A stretch of DNA of 64,000 bases from Octopus sinensis (Eukaryota): assembly GCF_006345805.1 (NCBI RefSeq), contig NC_042998.1, positions 194,432,001 through 194,496,000 on the forward strand, read 5' to 3'. The translations under genes were made by a program, and so were the position numbers. The notes beneath the pieces were generated by a model. It was given only the letters and a program-made list of their open reading frames with translations. It was not told the DNA's origin and ran no database searches. Positions 38,415 through 51,049 of the stretch are shown piece after piece. The number at the start of each line of letters is the position of its first letter. Within the stretch, counting starts at the first letter, position 1.

Positions 38415-39970
38415 TAATATATATATATTGTTTTATGTGTGTGTGTTCATCTAAGCCTGCCTTGTCAAGGAAACCCCCGCTGTGAAAAAACCAAGCCCGT
38501 TTGTCTTACAGGAGTAATTCCCTTGCAGTGGTTAATCGTAGATATCTTAAAGGCTATTTCAGAATTTGTTACCAAGGGCTATGGGTGCCGGTATTATTAT
38601 AAACGCTATTTAAAAGCCAGATAAGGTAACACCGCCAATGGGGGCATCGAAAAGCGACTGTAAGAGCCCGTTTACCATCGGCCTCTGGCAAACAAAATAT
38701 GGAAGAGTTCGGAGACACAAAGGTTGCATGTCTTCTGCCCCTATCAAATGGGAGGGCCACCGAAAAAATTGACCATTCCAGCCTATAGCTTAAGTTCGTA
38801 TCCTTCAGTCGCCATATTAGCTTACTGAGTCCCGTGGTCTGGCGCTTGTTCACGTCCCGAAAAGTGGCGTAATGGTTGGAGACACGCAAGACAATCTTGA
38901 GGATGATGCCCCTACATAAGTGAAGACATCTGAGTCCGTGTAAACCTTGCATTGGTAGACGGCATTTTTGATCTTGGAGTTCACATAAAGTTAGGATAGC
39001 TTTCTCCAACACTAAAAACCTCGCCCAGATAATCGCCTCCCATAATAATAGGCTACTTACTAAGACCCTATCACCTTTTTCCGGAGGCACAGCCTCTTCC
39101 GCTCCCGGTTAATGCTCAGTAGGAATAATTATAGTAGTAATAATGATATGAGAGCCAGTACAGTGACACATAATCTCAGCTCCAGCCAGGGAGTACCCAC
39201 TAGGGGTTATAGTTATAAATAGGGGTGTTGTGGTTGACGGTTACAATGGGAGTAGGGTAGAGAGCCCCAATAGGCATCCCCAGCATCATTTCCCGCAATA
39301 GCAGCACCACGGGCAGTAGCAATGACAGCACTCTGATAGATAGTGGAGAATCAGGGGTTATTCCTATAGTTAATAGTGACGTAGTGGAAAAAGAGTAGTA
39401 AGCGGCGGCTGCAGGTCTCGGAACGAATATAGTGACAGGAACGCAGTTCTAATTTCAGAAACCAATCCTAGCAGATTAAGATTCACGTCATTTATGTAAG
39501 CTGAAGGAGGGAATAATATGCCCAATACATAAAGGGGGAAGTAGAGCAGATGCCAAAAACTATAGGCCTATCTCTCTATAATGGGAGTAGGGTAGAGAGC
39601 CCCAATAGCATCCCCAGCATCATTTCCCGCAATAGCAGCACCACGGGCAGTAGCAATGACAGCACTCTGATAGATAGTGGAGAATCAGGGGTTATTCCTA
39701 TAGTTAATAGTGACGTAGTGGAAAATAGAGTTTGTCTTACTCCTGTAAGACAAACGGGGCTTGGTTTTTTCACAGCGGGGGGTTTCCTTGACAAGGCAGG
39801 CTTAGATGAACACACACACACATAAAACATAATATATATTTATGTGAACTCCAAGATCAAAAACGCTGTCTACCAATGCAAGGTTTACACGGACTCAGAT
39901 GTCTTCACTTATGTAGGGGCATCATCCTCAAGATTGTCTTTGCGTGTCTCCAACCATTACGCAACTTTTG
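38415..39970. mobile_element. Rearranged Penelope-like element (GIY-YIG endonuclease and linker)
   Basis: Minus 38989-38570: AVYQCKV...YVGAS, NHYATFR...LSKLIWRLK...LEWSI, CNLCVSELFHI, CPH. Plus 38990 onward: VRIAFSNTKNLAQIIASHN (linker). Inverted and direct duplications. Confidence 0.85.
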
Positions 39971-40104
39971 AATGATATGATATATATATGTAAAAAATGT
40001 AATATATAAATAAATATCTATAAATATGAACCATCCGATCTTCTGATTACCTCATTTCTTCTAATATATAATACCTGTACATCATCTCCAAACCTTCCAA
40101 TATA

Positions 40105-40290
40105 TCATCATCATCATCGTTTAACGTCCGTTCTCCATGCTAGCATGGGTTGGACGGTTCGACCGGGGATCTGGGAAGCCAGCTGCACCAGGCTCCAGTC
40201 TTATCTGGCAATGTTTCTACAGCTGGATGCCCTTCCTAACGCCAACCACTCAGTGAATGTAGTGGGTGCTTTTTACGTGCCACCTGCACA
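40105..40290 (-). mobile_element. Family A element (truncated)
   Basis: Body and (CAT)n on + strand. Confidence 0.85.
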
Positions 40291-40434
40291 CACACACACA
40301 TAGAGAGAGAGAGAGAGAGTGGTTGTATACTGTAAACTTAACGTGACAGTCCCGTAAAGGGAATCACACCACCGCTATTTAGGCCTAGGAAGCATCAACG
40401 CTTCCTGTTGGCTTTGACACATTTCCTGTGTCCT

Positions 40435-40600
40435 TATAGAGAGATAGGCCTATAGTTTTTGGCATCTGTCTACTTCCCCCTTTATGTATTGGGCATATTA
40501 TTCCCTCCTTCAGCTTACTTGGCAGTTTGCCATTTGTAAGAAAGTTCTGGAAGAGAATCTTCAGGGGTTTTGCCAGGGCATGCTTACACGATTTTTATAT
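40435..40600 (-). mobile_element. CR1-type LINE fragment
   Basis: Encodes GKLPSKLKEGIICPIHKGG...KNYRPISL, homologous to 43510-43620. Confidence 0.75.
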
Positions 40601-40645
40601 ATCAATATTATTATTTTTAGTATTATAACTTTGTAGTTATGTATA

Positions 40646-40777
40646 TCCTCTGACGAGGCCTTTGTTTATTTAAATAGACAAATATAATCTTTAATGCCTA
40701 AGACTATACTATAATGGCATATATGAGCAATTTAAGGTGGATTGCCTCTTGACCATAGGCTGAAACAGCTGTAAGGA
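40646..40777 (+). ncRNA. Type I hammerhead ribozyme motif with extended stem II
   Basis: tcct CTGACGA ggcct[~95 nt]aggct GAAA cagctg TA agga. Confidence 0.75.
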
Positions 40778-40957
40778 GCAGTTTATTTGTATTATTTTTA
40801 TTGTATTATTAATTTGCATATTGATGTATATTGTTTTGTTCGATTTTCATGTTCCTAATTGTAAAATTAATAAATAATATGAAATTGGAATATCCGTAAG
40901 TTGATGATCGAAATGAATTTGTTCATTCATTTTCTTATTTGTATTATATATATATCC

Positions 40958-41809
40958 GTGCCGGTGGCACATAAAAAGCACCATCCGAACGTGGCCGATG
41001 CCAGCGCTGCCTCAACTGGCTTCTGTGCCGGTGGCACATAAAAAGCACCATCCGAACGTGGCCAATGCCAGTGCTGCCTCGACTGGCTTCTGTGCCGGTG
41101 GCACATAAAAAGCACCATCCGAACGTGGCCGATGCCAGTGCTGCCTCGACTGGCTTCTATGCTGGTGGCACATAAAAAGCACCATCCGAACGTGGCCGAT
41201 GCCAGCGCTGCCTCGACTGGCTTCTGTGCCGGTGGCACATAAAAAGCGCCATCCGAACGTGGCCAATGCCAGCGCTGCCTCGACTGGCTTCTGTGCCGGT
41301 GGCACATAAAAAGCACCATCCGAACGTGGCCGATACCAGCGCTGCCTCAACTGGCTTCTGTGCCGGTGGCACATAAAAAGCACCATCCGAACGTGGCCAA
41401 TGCCAGCGCTGCCTCAACTGGCTTCTGTGCCGGTGGCACATAAAAAGCACCATCCGAACGTGGCCAATGCCAGCGCTGCCTCGACTGGCTTCTATGCTGG
41501 TGGCACATAAAAAGCACCATCCGAACGTGGCCAATGCCAGCGCTGCCTCAACTGGCTTCTGTGCCGGTGGCACATAAAAAGCACCATCCGAACGTGGCCG
41601 ATGCCAGCGCTGCCTCGACTGGCTTCTATGCTGGTGGCACATAAAAAGCACCATCCGAACGTGGCCAATGCCAGCGCTGCCCCGACTAGCTTCTGTGCCG
41701 GTGGCACATAAAAAGCACTATCCGAACGTGGCCAATGCCAGCGCCGCCTCGACTGACTTCTGTGCCGGTGGCACATAAAAAGCACCATCCAAACGTCGCC
41801 AATGCCAGC
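40958..41809 (+). repeat. 67-bp tandem array derived from a family A module, about 12.7 copies, running into the gap
   Basis: Unit starts at 40958, 41025, 41092 and so on to 41762. Confidence 0.95.
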
Positions 41810-41909
41810 NNNNNNNNNNNNNNNNNNNNNNNNNNNNNNNNNNNNNNNNNNNNNNNNNNNNNNNNNNNNNNNNNNNNNNNNNNNNNNNNNNNNNNNNNNN
41901 NNNNNNNNN
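41810..41909. other. Assembly gap (100 N)
   Basis: Run of N. Confidence 1.
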
Positions 41910-41949
41910 TATAAAGGAGTCTAACGCAAGTACAAATCAAATACTTCTA

Positions 41950-42034
41950 CTTTCAACACATGTTTCGAAGATTTCAATGATATTATTCAACAGAATATAT
42001 GGTACAAAACAATGCAATCTTCTCTTCAGGGAAG
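41950..42034 (-). ncRNA. Hammerhead motif, slightly decayed
   Basis: cttcc CTGAAGA gaagatt...aatcttc GAAA catgtg TT gaaag; inverted partial copy at 42072-42143. Confidence 0.65.
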
Positions 42035-42151
42035 TGAAAAAAATAAACTCGTCAATCAGACATTTTAGCAAAATAATATCAGTGAAATCTTTGAAACACA
42101 TGTTGAAATAAAAAGTATTTGATTTATACCTGCGTTAAACTCCATTTATTT

Positions 42152-42598
42152 ATTTATACATATATACATACATATATATACATATATACATACATACATA
42201 CATACATATATATACATATATACATACATACATATATATACATATACTTTGATAGGTTTCGGCCATTATTGGCCCAGGCCATGTCTAACTTAATAGCACC
42301 ACCTGGTGAAGTCTTTCAAGTCAGAATTTGGGCACTATGGCCCACTACATACATACATATATATACATATATACATACATACATATATATACATATATAC
42401 ATACATACATATACATACATATATACATACATATACATATATACATACATACATATATATACATACATATACATATATACATACATACATATATATATAC
42501 ATACATACATATACACATACATACATATATATACATACATACATATACACATACATACATATATATATATACATACATATATATACATATATACATAC

Positions 42599-42629
<31 letters not shown>

Positions 42630-42740
42630 CATACATACATACATATACATACATACATACATACATACATATACATACATACATACATACATACATATAC
42701 ATACATACATAATACATACATACATATACATACATATATA
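42152..42740. repeat. (TACA/TA)n microsatellite block
   Basis: Direct inspection; interrupted by about 95 bp of non-repeat sequence at 42250-42345. Confidence 0.95.
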
Positions 42741-44610
42741 TGACCATCCGGTCAGCCGCCTATATTTCATTGACAATTTAGCAACTTGCACATGAAAGGT
42801 TGCATCATTACTTATGTAAATGCCCAGCTCTCAACTGACTGTGCCTCTGGGATTGCAATCCCTCCAGGTCCAGTGTATTTATTGGGTATTGCATTTAGTT
42901 TTGCATGCTGATAACACAAAGCTTGAAACTTTTCAGCATTGAACTGCATGCTATTCTTTTCAGCCCACTTGTATATTTCATCCAGTTCACATTGCAGGTG
43001 CATAGTGTCTTCAGGGTTCTGTATTACCTGTGAGACTTTTGTATCATCTGCATAACTTGTGATTGTGGCTCTCTGCGTGACTGAGAGCATGTCCGAGAGG
43101 GCCATTATGAACAGTAGTGGTCCCAAAACAGTGCCTTGCGGAACACCGCTCACTATTTGCAGGTCATTGGAGGTGGCCCCATTGGCTACTACTACCTGAC
43201 TTCTATCCTTCAGAAAGTCATGAAGCCATTCACCCAATTTTCCAACTATGCCAAGATCACGCAGTTTGTGACATATCATTCCATGATCGACTTTATCGAA
43301 GGCCTTTGCAAAGTCGAGATATATCACTTCCACATTTGAGTGGTTGAGCAGCTGTTTCATCACCCAGTCATAGTGTTGTAAGAGCTGAGTTAGGCAGCTT
43401 CTTCCTAATCGGAAACCATATTGGGTGTCAGGCAGCAAGTCATTTTCTTCAAGGAAGGTGATTAGTTTTCTTCTGACTATTCGTTCCATGACCTTGCTGA
43501 TGTGTGAGGTCAGAGAGATAGGTCTGTAGTTCTTGGCCTCCACTCTGCTACCTCCTTTATGAATAGGGCATATTTTACCTTCCTTCAGTTTTCTTGGAAG
43601 TTTGCCAGTTGCAAGGAAGCTCTGAAAGAGGAACTGCAGTGGTCTTGCTAGGACTCACATACTTTTAGTAGGATTACGGGGAATCCATCAGAGCCAGTAG
43701 CTGAGTTTGGGTTCATTTCATTTATAGCCCTTATTACATCGTCTTCCTTTATATTGATGTAATCAATCATCATTGCCTCTGCTTTTATATCTGCAGTGGT
43801 AAAGAAGTCAGTTGGATTGCTGATTTGAAAGTGCCCTAGGGGTGGAGCGAAAATACTTTTGAATTGCTTATTTAGTATTTCACTTTATCCTCACTGGATT
43901 TCCTGTGAGTGTACCATCTTTTTCGAGGGGTGGCCCTATCCTGCAGTGCACCAAAGCTGTTTCTTTGGCAAACTTGTAGAAAGCTCTGAGGTTAGATTTT
44001 ATATTGTCTATAGCCCAGGCTTCTTTGTCTGCTCTTTCTTTATCATGGGAGATTTGCAGACTTTTTTCAATTTCCAGCAGTTGTATTTTCAGGCGGGACT
44101 TTTCAATGCTTTCAATTTGTTTGTTTAGGCGATTTGAAACTTTTGTACGCCATCTCATAAGAATTTTCCTCTCCCTGGGGATTTTGTTCTTGTGTACAGT
44201 GGCCTTTCTCTCTGGGACACATTTGTAGCATATGGCTTGCATTACAGACATGAACTGTTGAAGTTTCAAAAGAGAAACATTTAGGCCAGTTTTGTTTGAG
44301 GATCTCTTTCTCAATGTTTCCAGTTTGCCTTATGGAAGTTCAAGCTGGAAAGATTCTGAGAGTTTCTTGTAGGCTGCATGTCCATGCTTTCCTTTGGCCC
44401 GTACATAGTCAGCTCTACCATGTTGTGATCCGAGAGTAGCGTCGGTGTCACTTTCACATTATGGATGAGATCCATATTATTTGTGAAGCAGAGATCCAGT
44501 ATGTTACCTGCCCTGGTTGGTTGGAGTACTATGTGCTCCATGTACAAAGCGTTGATGAAGTTCAGAAGGGACTTCACCTGTCCTTGTTCACATCATGTCA
44601 TTCCCAGGAA
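42740..44610 (-). mobile_element. CR1-clade LINE ORF2 (end of APE domain to RT), decayed
   Basis: PTRAGNILDL...LSDHNMV (APE end), NYRPISLTS, LDFAKAFDKV, GVPQGTVLGPLLF and YADDTK; stops and frameshifts. Confidence 0.92.
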
Positions 44611-44614
44611 TATA

Positions 44615-44756
44615 TAAGGTTGTCCCAAAAGTTCGTAGAAAGTCTTAGAAAATAATGGTCTTTATTTTGAGGAATAATTTTTGTTGTTTTTGTTAGTACT
44701 TGGCGAGTAAAAATTCAATTTTCACAAGTGTTTATGAACTTTTGGGACAACCTAAT
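44615..44756. mobile_element. Tc1/mariner-type MITE
   Basis: Inverted termini aggttgtcccaaaagttc(g/a)ta, TA-flanked. Confidence 0.85.
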
Positions 44757-44769
44757 ATATATATGTGTG

Positions 44770-45128
44770 TGTGTGTATCGAGTTTAGTTTTAAAGAAACC
44801 CACATCCACACCATGCAGGTCTCTCAGGTATTTAAGAAGAATATTGAAGAGCTGTGGTCCCCTGAAACCTAAGCTGTTGCAGTATCTGGTCCTGTATTTT
44901 GATGGTGATATTAGGATATTTGGCACCATGCAGTGGCGTCCCGTTCTGCTGTTGCGGTAACTTTCAATGCCAAAATTTGGTCATGGTCCTCCAGGATTTT
45001 CCAGATGTATATCACTGCATATCTCTCCCGGCTTCGCTCCAGGGAGAAGAGTTTTAAAACTTTCAGTCTTTCCCAGGAGCTGATATGTAGCATTGAGATG
45101 ATCTTCATAGAGTTGCTTCTTAGAATTA
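44770..45128 (-). mobile_element. CR1 ORF2 C-terminal fragment
   Basis: WERLKVLKLFSLERSRERY...GPQLFNIL...FFKTKLD. Confidence 0.8.
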
Positions 45129-45130
45129 CA

Positions 45131-45460
45131 GATCATCATCATCATTTAACATCCGCTTTCCATGCTAGCATGGGTTGGACGATTTGACTGAAGACTGGCG
45201 AACCAGATGGTTGCACAAAGCGCCAACCATGATCTGGCAGTTTCTACAGCTGGATGCCATTCCTAACGCCAACCACTCCAAGAGTGTGGTGGGTGCTTTT
45301 ACGTGCCACCGGCACAAGGGCCAACCAGGTGGTACTGGCAACGGTCACAGTCAAATGGTGTTTTTTACATGCCACCTGCACAGGAGCAAGTCCAGCGGCA
45401 CTGGCAACAACTTCGCTCAAATGCTTTCACGTGTCACCGGCACAAGTGCCAGTAGGATGT
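45131..45460 (-). mobile_element. Family A variant element
   Basis: Body variant similar to the 3' end of 61047-61728. Confidence 0.8.
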
Positions 45461-45461
45461 A

Positions 45462-46587
45462 TATATAGATATATATATACACACATATATATACACATAT
45501 GTATAGACATATATATATATATATATACACACATGTATATACATATATATACACATATGTATATACATATATATACACATATGTATATACATCATCATCA
45601 TCATTTAACGTCCGCTTTCCATGCTAGCATGGGTTGGACAAATATATATATATATATAAATATATATATACACACACATGTATATACATATGTATATACA
45701 CATGTATATACACATGTATATACACATGTATATACACATGTATATACACATATATATATATATACACACATGTATATATATATACACACATGTATATATA
45801 TATACACATGTATATATATATATATATACACATGTATATATATATATATACACACATGTATATACATATATATGCACATATATATTTACACATGTATATA
45901 CATATATATATACACATATGTATATACATATATATATGCACATATATATTTACACATATGTATATACATATATATATACACATATGTATATACATATATA
46001 TACACACATATGTATATACATATATATACACACATATGTATATACATATATATACACACATATGTATATACATATATATACACACATATGTATATACATA
46101 TATATACACATGTATATACATATATATACACACATATATATATACATACACATATGTATATACATATATAAACATATGTATATACATATATACACACACA
46201 TATGTATATACATATATACACACACATATGTATATACATATATATATATATATATATACACATATGTATATACATATATACACATGTATATGCGTACCTT
46301 TATATGCATATATACATATATATATACACATGTATATACATATATGCATATACAGGTGGCAAGTAAAAAGCACCCACTACACTCACGGAGTGGTTGGCGT
46401 TAGGAAGGGCATCCAGCTGTAGAAACATTGCCAGATAAGACTGGAGCCTGGTGCAGCCTTCTGGCTTCCCAGATCCCCGGTCGAACCGTCCAACCCATGT
46501 TAGCATGGAGAACAGACGTTAAACGATGTTGATGATGATATATGCATATACACATATATGTATACACACATATGTATACACATATGT

Positions 46588-46622
<35 letters not shown>

Positions 46623-46790
46623 CATATGTATATACATATATACACATGTATATGCGTACCTTTATATGCACATATATATATATACATATATATATACACA
46701 TGTATATACATATATGCATATACATATATGCATATACACATATATATATATACAGATGCATATATCTATTTATGTATGTATAATCATAAT
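45462..46790. repeat. TA/CA/TG microsatellite field with interleaved family A fragments (45590-45640 -, 46353-46540 +)
   Basis: Direct inspection. Confidence 0.9.
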
Positions 46791-47635
46791 AAGCATCTGG
46801 ATATCAAGTAGCGATGCAGTACAACCGTTTCAATCAGCTCCATTTAATTGAACAATATTATGACCCCAATAGGGTTAATGCAATTCTTGGAAGTGTAGTT
46901 TATTCTTAGCTACAATAGCGAGGTCAATTTCCTCCATCTTCTTGTTCTGTTAAAACATTTGAGAAAATTATATTAGTGTCTCCTACTGGTTAAAATTCTA
47001 TCTATTTGTTTGTGCAGCTGAAGATGGCACTGCACTTAAATTGATGTAATGATTGCATTGTTCAATTAAATGAAACTGCTTGAAATGTTCACTTTACTTT
47101 GAGCTGTTTGGATATGACCAGAGTGAGTTGATGCTTCAACTTAAGTACCTAATTCAACTGAATCTCAACTATATATATATCTATGTGTGTGTGTGTTTGC
47201 TTTTAGCCAAACAAATTGACCCCAGAACTTATTGGGGGGACAGACACACACAAATATATACCTATATATATATATATATATATATATGACAGGCTTCTTT
47301 CAGTTTCCATCTACCAAATTCACTTGTAAGGCTTTGGTTGGCCTAAGGCTACAGCAGAAGACATTTCCCCAAGGGGCCACGCAGTGGAACTGAACCTGGC
47401 ACCATTTGGTTGGGAAGCAAGCTTCTTACCACATAACCACTCCTACATCTATATGTTGCTGCATTGTTCAGTATATAAACAGTTTGGTCGCTTGTTTCTC
47501 TGGAGATTGTCAAAATGATGTGGACACCTTGGATGAAAACCCAATAAAGTCCAAAACTCAATTACGGTTGTGCAGCATTTTTCAGTCTGCAGAGAAATGA
47601 CTAAAATTTGCCCTGTTAATAATTGTACCATATGT

Positions 47636-47668
<33 letters not shown>

Positions 47669-47873
47669 TATATATACATACATATATATATATACATACA
47701 TATATATATACATACATATATATATATATACATATATATATACATACATATATAGGTATATATTTATGTGTGTCTGTCCCCCCAATAAGTTCTGGGGTCG
47801 ATTTGTTTGGCTAAAGGCAATGTCCCAGTATGGCCACAGTCAAATGACTGAAACAAGTAAAAGAATGTAAGCA

Positions 47874-49113
47874 TAGGTCATCCCATAAGTTCTGTCCGAA
47901 TTTTGAATAAAGAAAACAACTGATCAGATGTTATATTTAATTGAAATTTAATCATCAATGTACTTTCCCTAATTATCTATGGCTTCCTTCCATCTATTTA
48001 CAAGCTTTTTACTCCCATCAATGTGAAACTCTTTTGATTTCAAAGCGAAGAACTCTGAAATGTCAGTTTCAAACTCCTCCTGGCTTGCAAATTTATGTCC
48101 CCCAAATGATTCTATAAACTACGAAACAAATGGTAGTCTGAAGGAGCAAGGTCAGGAGAATAAGGTGGATGAGGAATTTTTTCCCAACCAAGCTCTTCGA
48201 TCTTCTGTGATGTGATCTTTGTCCTGATGAAACATCACTCCTTTTCGATTCACCAAAGCGGGTCTTTTTTTGCTTCAAAGCTTGGTTCAAACGCTCTAAT
48301 TGCTGACAGTAGACTTGAGCATTGATTGTTGCATTGGTAACAATTCAAAGTGAATTACTCCTTTGCAATCCCACCAGATAGAGAGAAGAACCTTTTCCCC
48401 ATGAAGTCCCCTTCTCGGTCATGGTTGAGTTTTTTTTTCCCTATTACCAAGCCACTGTTTACAGCGTTTAACATTTCGATAGAAGATCCATTTTTCGTCA
48501 CAAGTCTATCCAAAAAGGGCAAAATGAGTTCACAAGAATGGAGAGAAGAGCAGATGCGATTGCTTTCGGACAATTCCTGAGGCACCCATTTTCCAAGTTC
48601 AGGAACCTTTCCAAGTTGAAGATGACAATGAACAGTTGTATGGTTTGAACTAAGCTTTATTGCCAATTCATCAACTGATAATGCAGGATTTTCTTCAAGT
48701 AATGCCTCAAGAAGCTTATCATCAAACTCAACTGGACATCCTGTTCGATCTTCATCTTCAAGGCTGAAATCTCCACTTCTGAATTTTGCAAACCATCTTC
48801 TGCAAGTTCTTTCATTCAAGCATTCTTTCCCATAAACTGAGTGTATATCTCAAGTCGCTTCGACTGTAGAGTTTCCTTTTTTGTACTCATAAAGCATTCT
48901 GTGCCTCAAATGCTCTTTGGATACTTCTATGTTAGAAAGGGTTTTAATCAAAGAAATTTTAATTCTATTATTCTGTAAAATAATATCTAATTAGTTTAAA
49001 TGTACACAAATGCATAAAAATAATTTTTAATTCCATTAGACATTCTAAAATGCTATTAAATTTCATTCAATTTTAAAAAAGGTAAAATCGGACAGAACTT
49101 ATGGGATGACCTG
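47874..49113 (-). mobile_element. Mariner transposon, full length but inactive
   Basis: Inverted repeats of about 30 bp, ggtcatcccataagttctgtccga; HTH region RRWFAKFRSGDFSLED and WVPQEL motif; stops and frameshifts. Confidence 0.93.
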
Positions 49114-49126
49114 ATATATATATATC

Positions 49127-49285
49127 GTCATCATCATCGTTTAGCGTCCGCTTTCCATGCTAGCATGGGTTGGACGGTTCAACTGGGGTCTGGGAAGCCA
49201 GAAGGCTGCACCAGGCCCAGTCTGATCTGACAATGTTTCTACGGCTGGATGCCCTTCCTAACGCCAACCACTCCATGAGTGTAAT
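49127..49285 (-). mobile_element. Family A element (truncated)
   Basis: Body and tail. Confidence 0.8.
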
Positions 49286-49868
49286 ATATATATTACAGGT
49301 TTCATTTAGTTTCCATCCAGCAAATCCAGTCACAAGGTTTGGGACCATAGCAGAAGACTCTTGCCGAAGATGACAAGCAGTAGGATTGAACTGAAATCAC
49401 GATGTTGGAGAGCAAAGATAACCTCACAGCCACGTTTATATAAAGCTAATTGGCAGAATCGTCTCTGAATCGGATAAATTTAATAGCCTTGCAGTAGTCA
49501 TTCCAGTTTTCAGCACTCTGAGTTCAAATACCTTCGAGGTCAACTGTGCCTTCCATCCTCCCAAAAGAGTGGAGGCGGGGCATAAGGTATCAGTTTTCTA
49601 CTGAAAATGATCCTTCTCTCCTTAGCTATCTGGTAAAAAAAACAGATCGTAAGGGGGGTACAGGCTCTGCCAGATATAAAAATGATACGCCGCATGTTAT
49701 GAAGGTTCCTCTAACAACTCCATCAGGAGTTAGGGGCTCAAGACAGGCTTCTTCCAGTTTTCATCTACCAATTCCATTCAAACGGCTTTAACTCTGGCCC
49801 AAATGATGCACAATAAGGCAGAACCTGAAATCACCCGAAATACATATATACACAAAAACATGCATTCA

Positions 49869-49907
<39 letters not shown>

Positions 49908-51049
49908 CGCCTATGTATGTGTGTGTATATATATATATATATATATAGGCCTGCTCGCTTAACCAGCGGGGTGGCGTCATTTGAAGGCTAAAACAATACG
50001 AAGCGCATTGTGACCAGCGATGTGTAACAACATCTGATAGCCTGGTCGGTCACGGTGATATATATATATATACACACACACACACACGTATTTGCATTAT
50101 GGCATATATGTAAATTTTTCTTCCATTTTTTTTTTCTTTTGGTTAATATACCAGTTACACATATTTACGAATAAATAACGAAAATTAAAATAGTTTATAC
50201 ATACATGTCTACATACCTACAAGCGTACGTGCGAAGGAGACAGAAAGAAACAAGAGAGAGATCAAGATGGTTTAAATAACCATTTGCTAACATTAGAACA
50301 ATGATACTAAAATAAATGTAGGTGGGTAACAACTATGCGAAAATAGTCCCTGGCCATGCTGGCAACAGAGAGCAGATTGCCATTGCAGGTGGGGAAAAAC
50401 CTACCTTAAAAAAATAAAAGGATTATATACACACACGTGTGTGTATACATGTGTATAAATAATACACATAATTTATGATTTATACATACGTACAGAGACG
50501 TGCAAACTAAAGGCTAATTGTTGTAGGTTGTTACAATTGAGTATAATTTAAAGATGTTAAGATGGCCCAGTAGCAGACTTTGATGTATGTACGTCTTCTG
50601 ATTGATACTAAATATGCAACTGCTCTAATGTATTTAGTATTTTTTAGCTGAACTAATAAGCTATAAGTCTATTGGTGTGAGAAGTAGTTTCTTTTTGTGC
50701 CTAAAGCCATCAGCTGAATGGGAAGGATTGAGGGAGGAGAGAGGAAAATTTCGAAAAAAACCTGGGCAGTTCCTTATATATATGCCTTTAGATGTATACA
50801 ATGGTTTTCCCTGACTAAACTGCTATCTTGTTTAGATAGGGAAGAAATAAATAAGACTTGGTGGGGGTCAGCCTTTGACAACAATTAAAAATGGCTCGTT
50901 CACCTTATTACAAAAAGTGAAGACCAAACAATAACTGTGTGTGGAGATAAAGCAGAAAAAAAGAGATTTACAGCAAAGAGGTTTTAATAAAATTCCAACA
51001 AAAAAATGTAGTACGTTGAAGTATTCTGAAGAAACATTGAAGAAATAGC

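Noticed and set aside
40958-41809. CRISPR-like appearance of this array, of 11251-11562 and of 63460-63660
   Set aside because: The spacers are near-identical or drawn from a few modules of an interspersed retroelement. There are no cas genes and the context is eukaryotic.
42119-42795. Long ORFs made of Y/I/H/T or M/Y/V/C (also 45254-46851 and 47582-47814)
   Set aside because: These are translations of TA/CA microsatellites that lack stop codons.
47874-49113. Domesticated or active transposase (SETMAR-like)
   Set aside because: It has stops, deletions and frameshifts, and no SET domain; it is an ordinary dead mariner.
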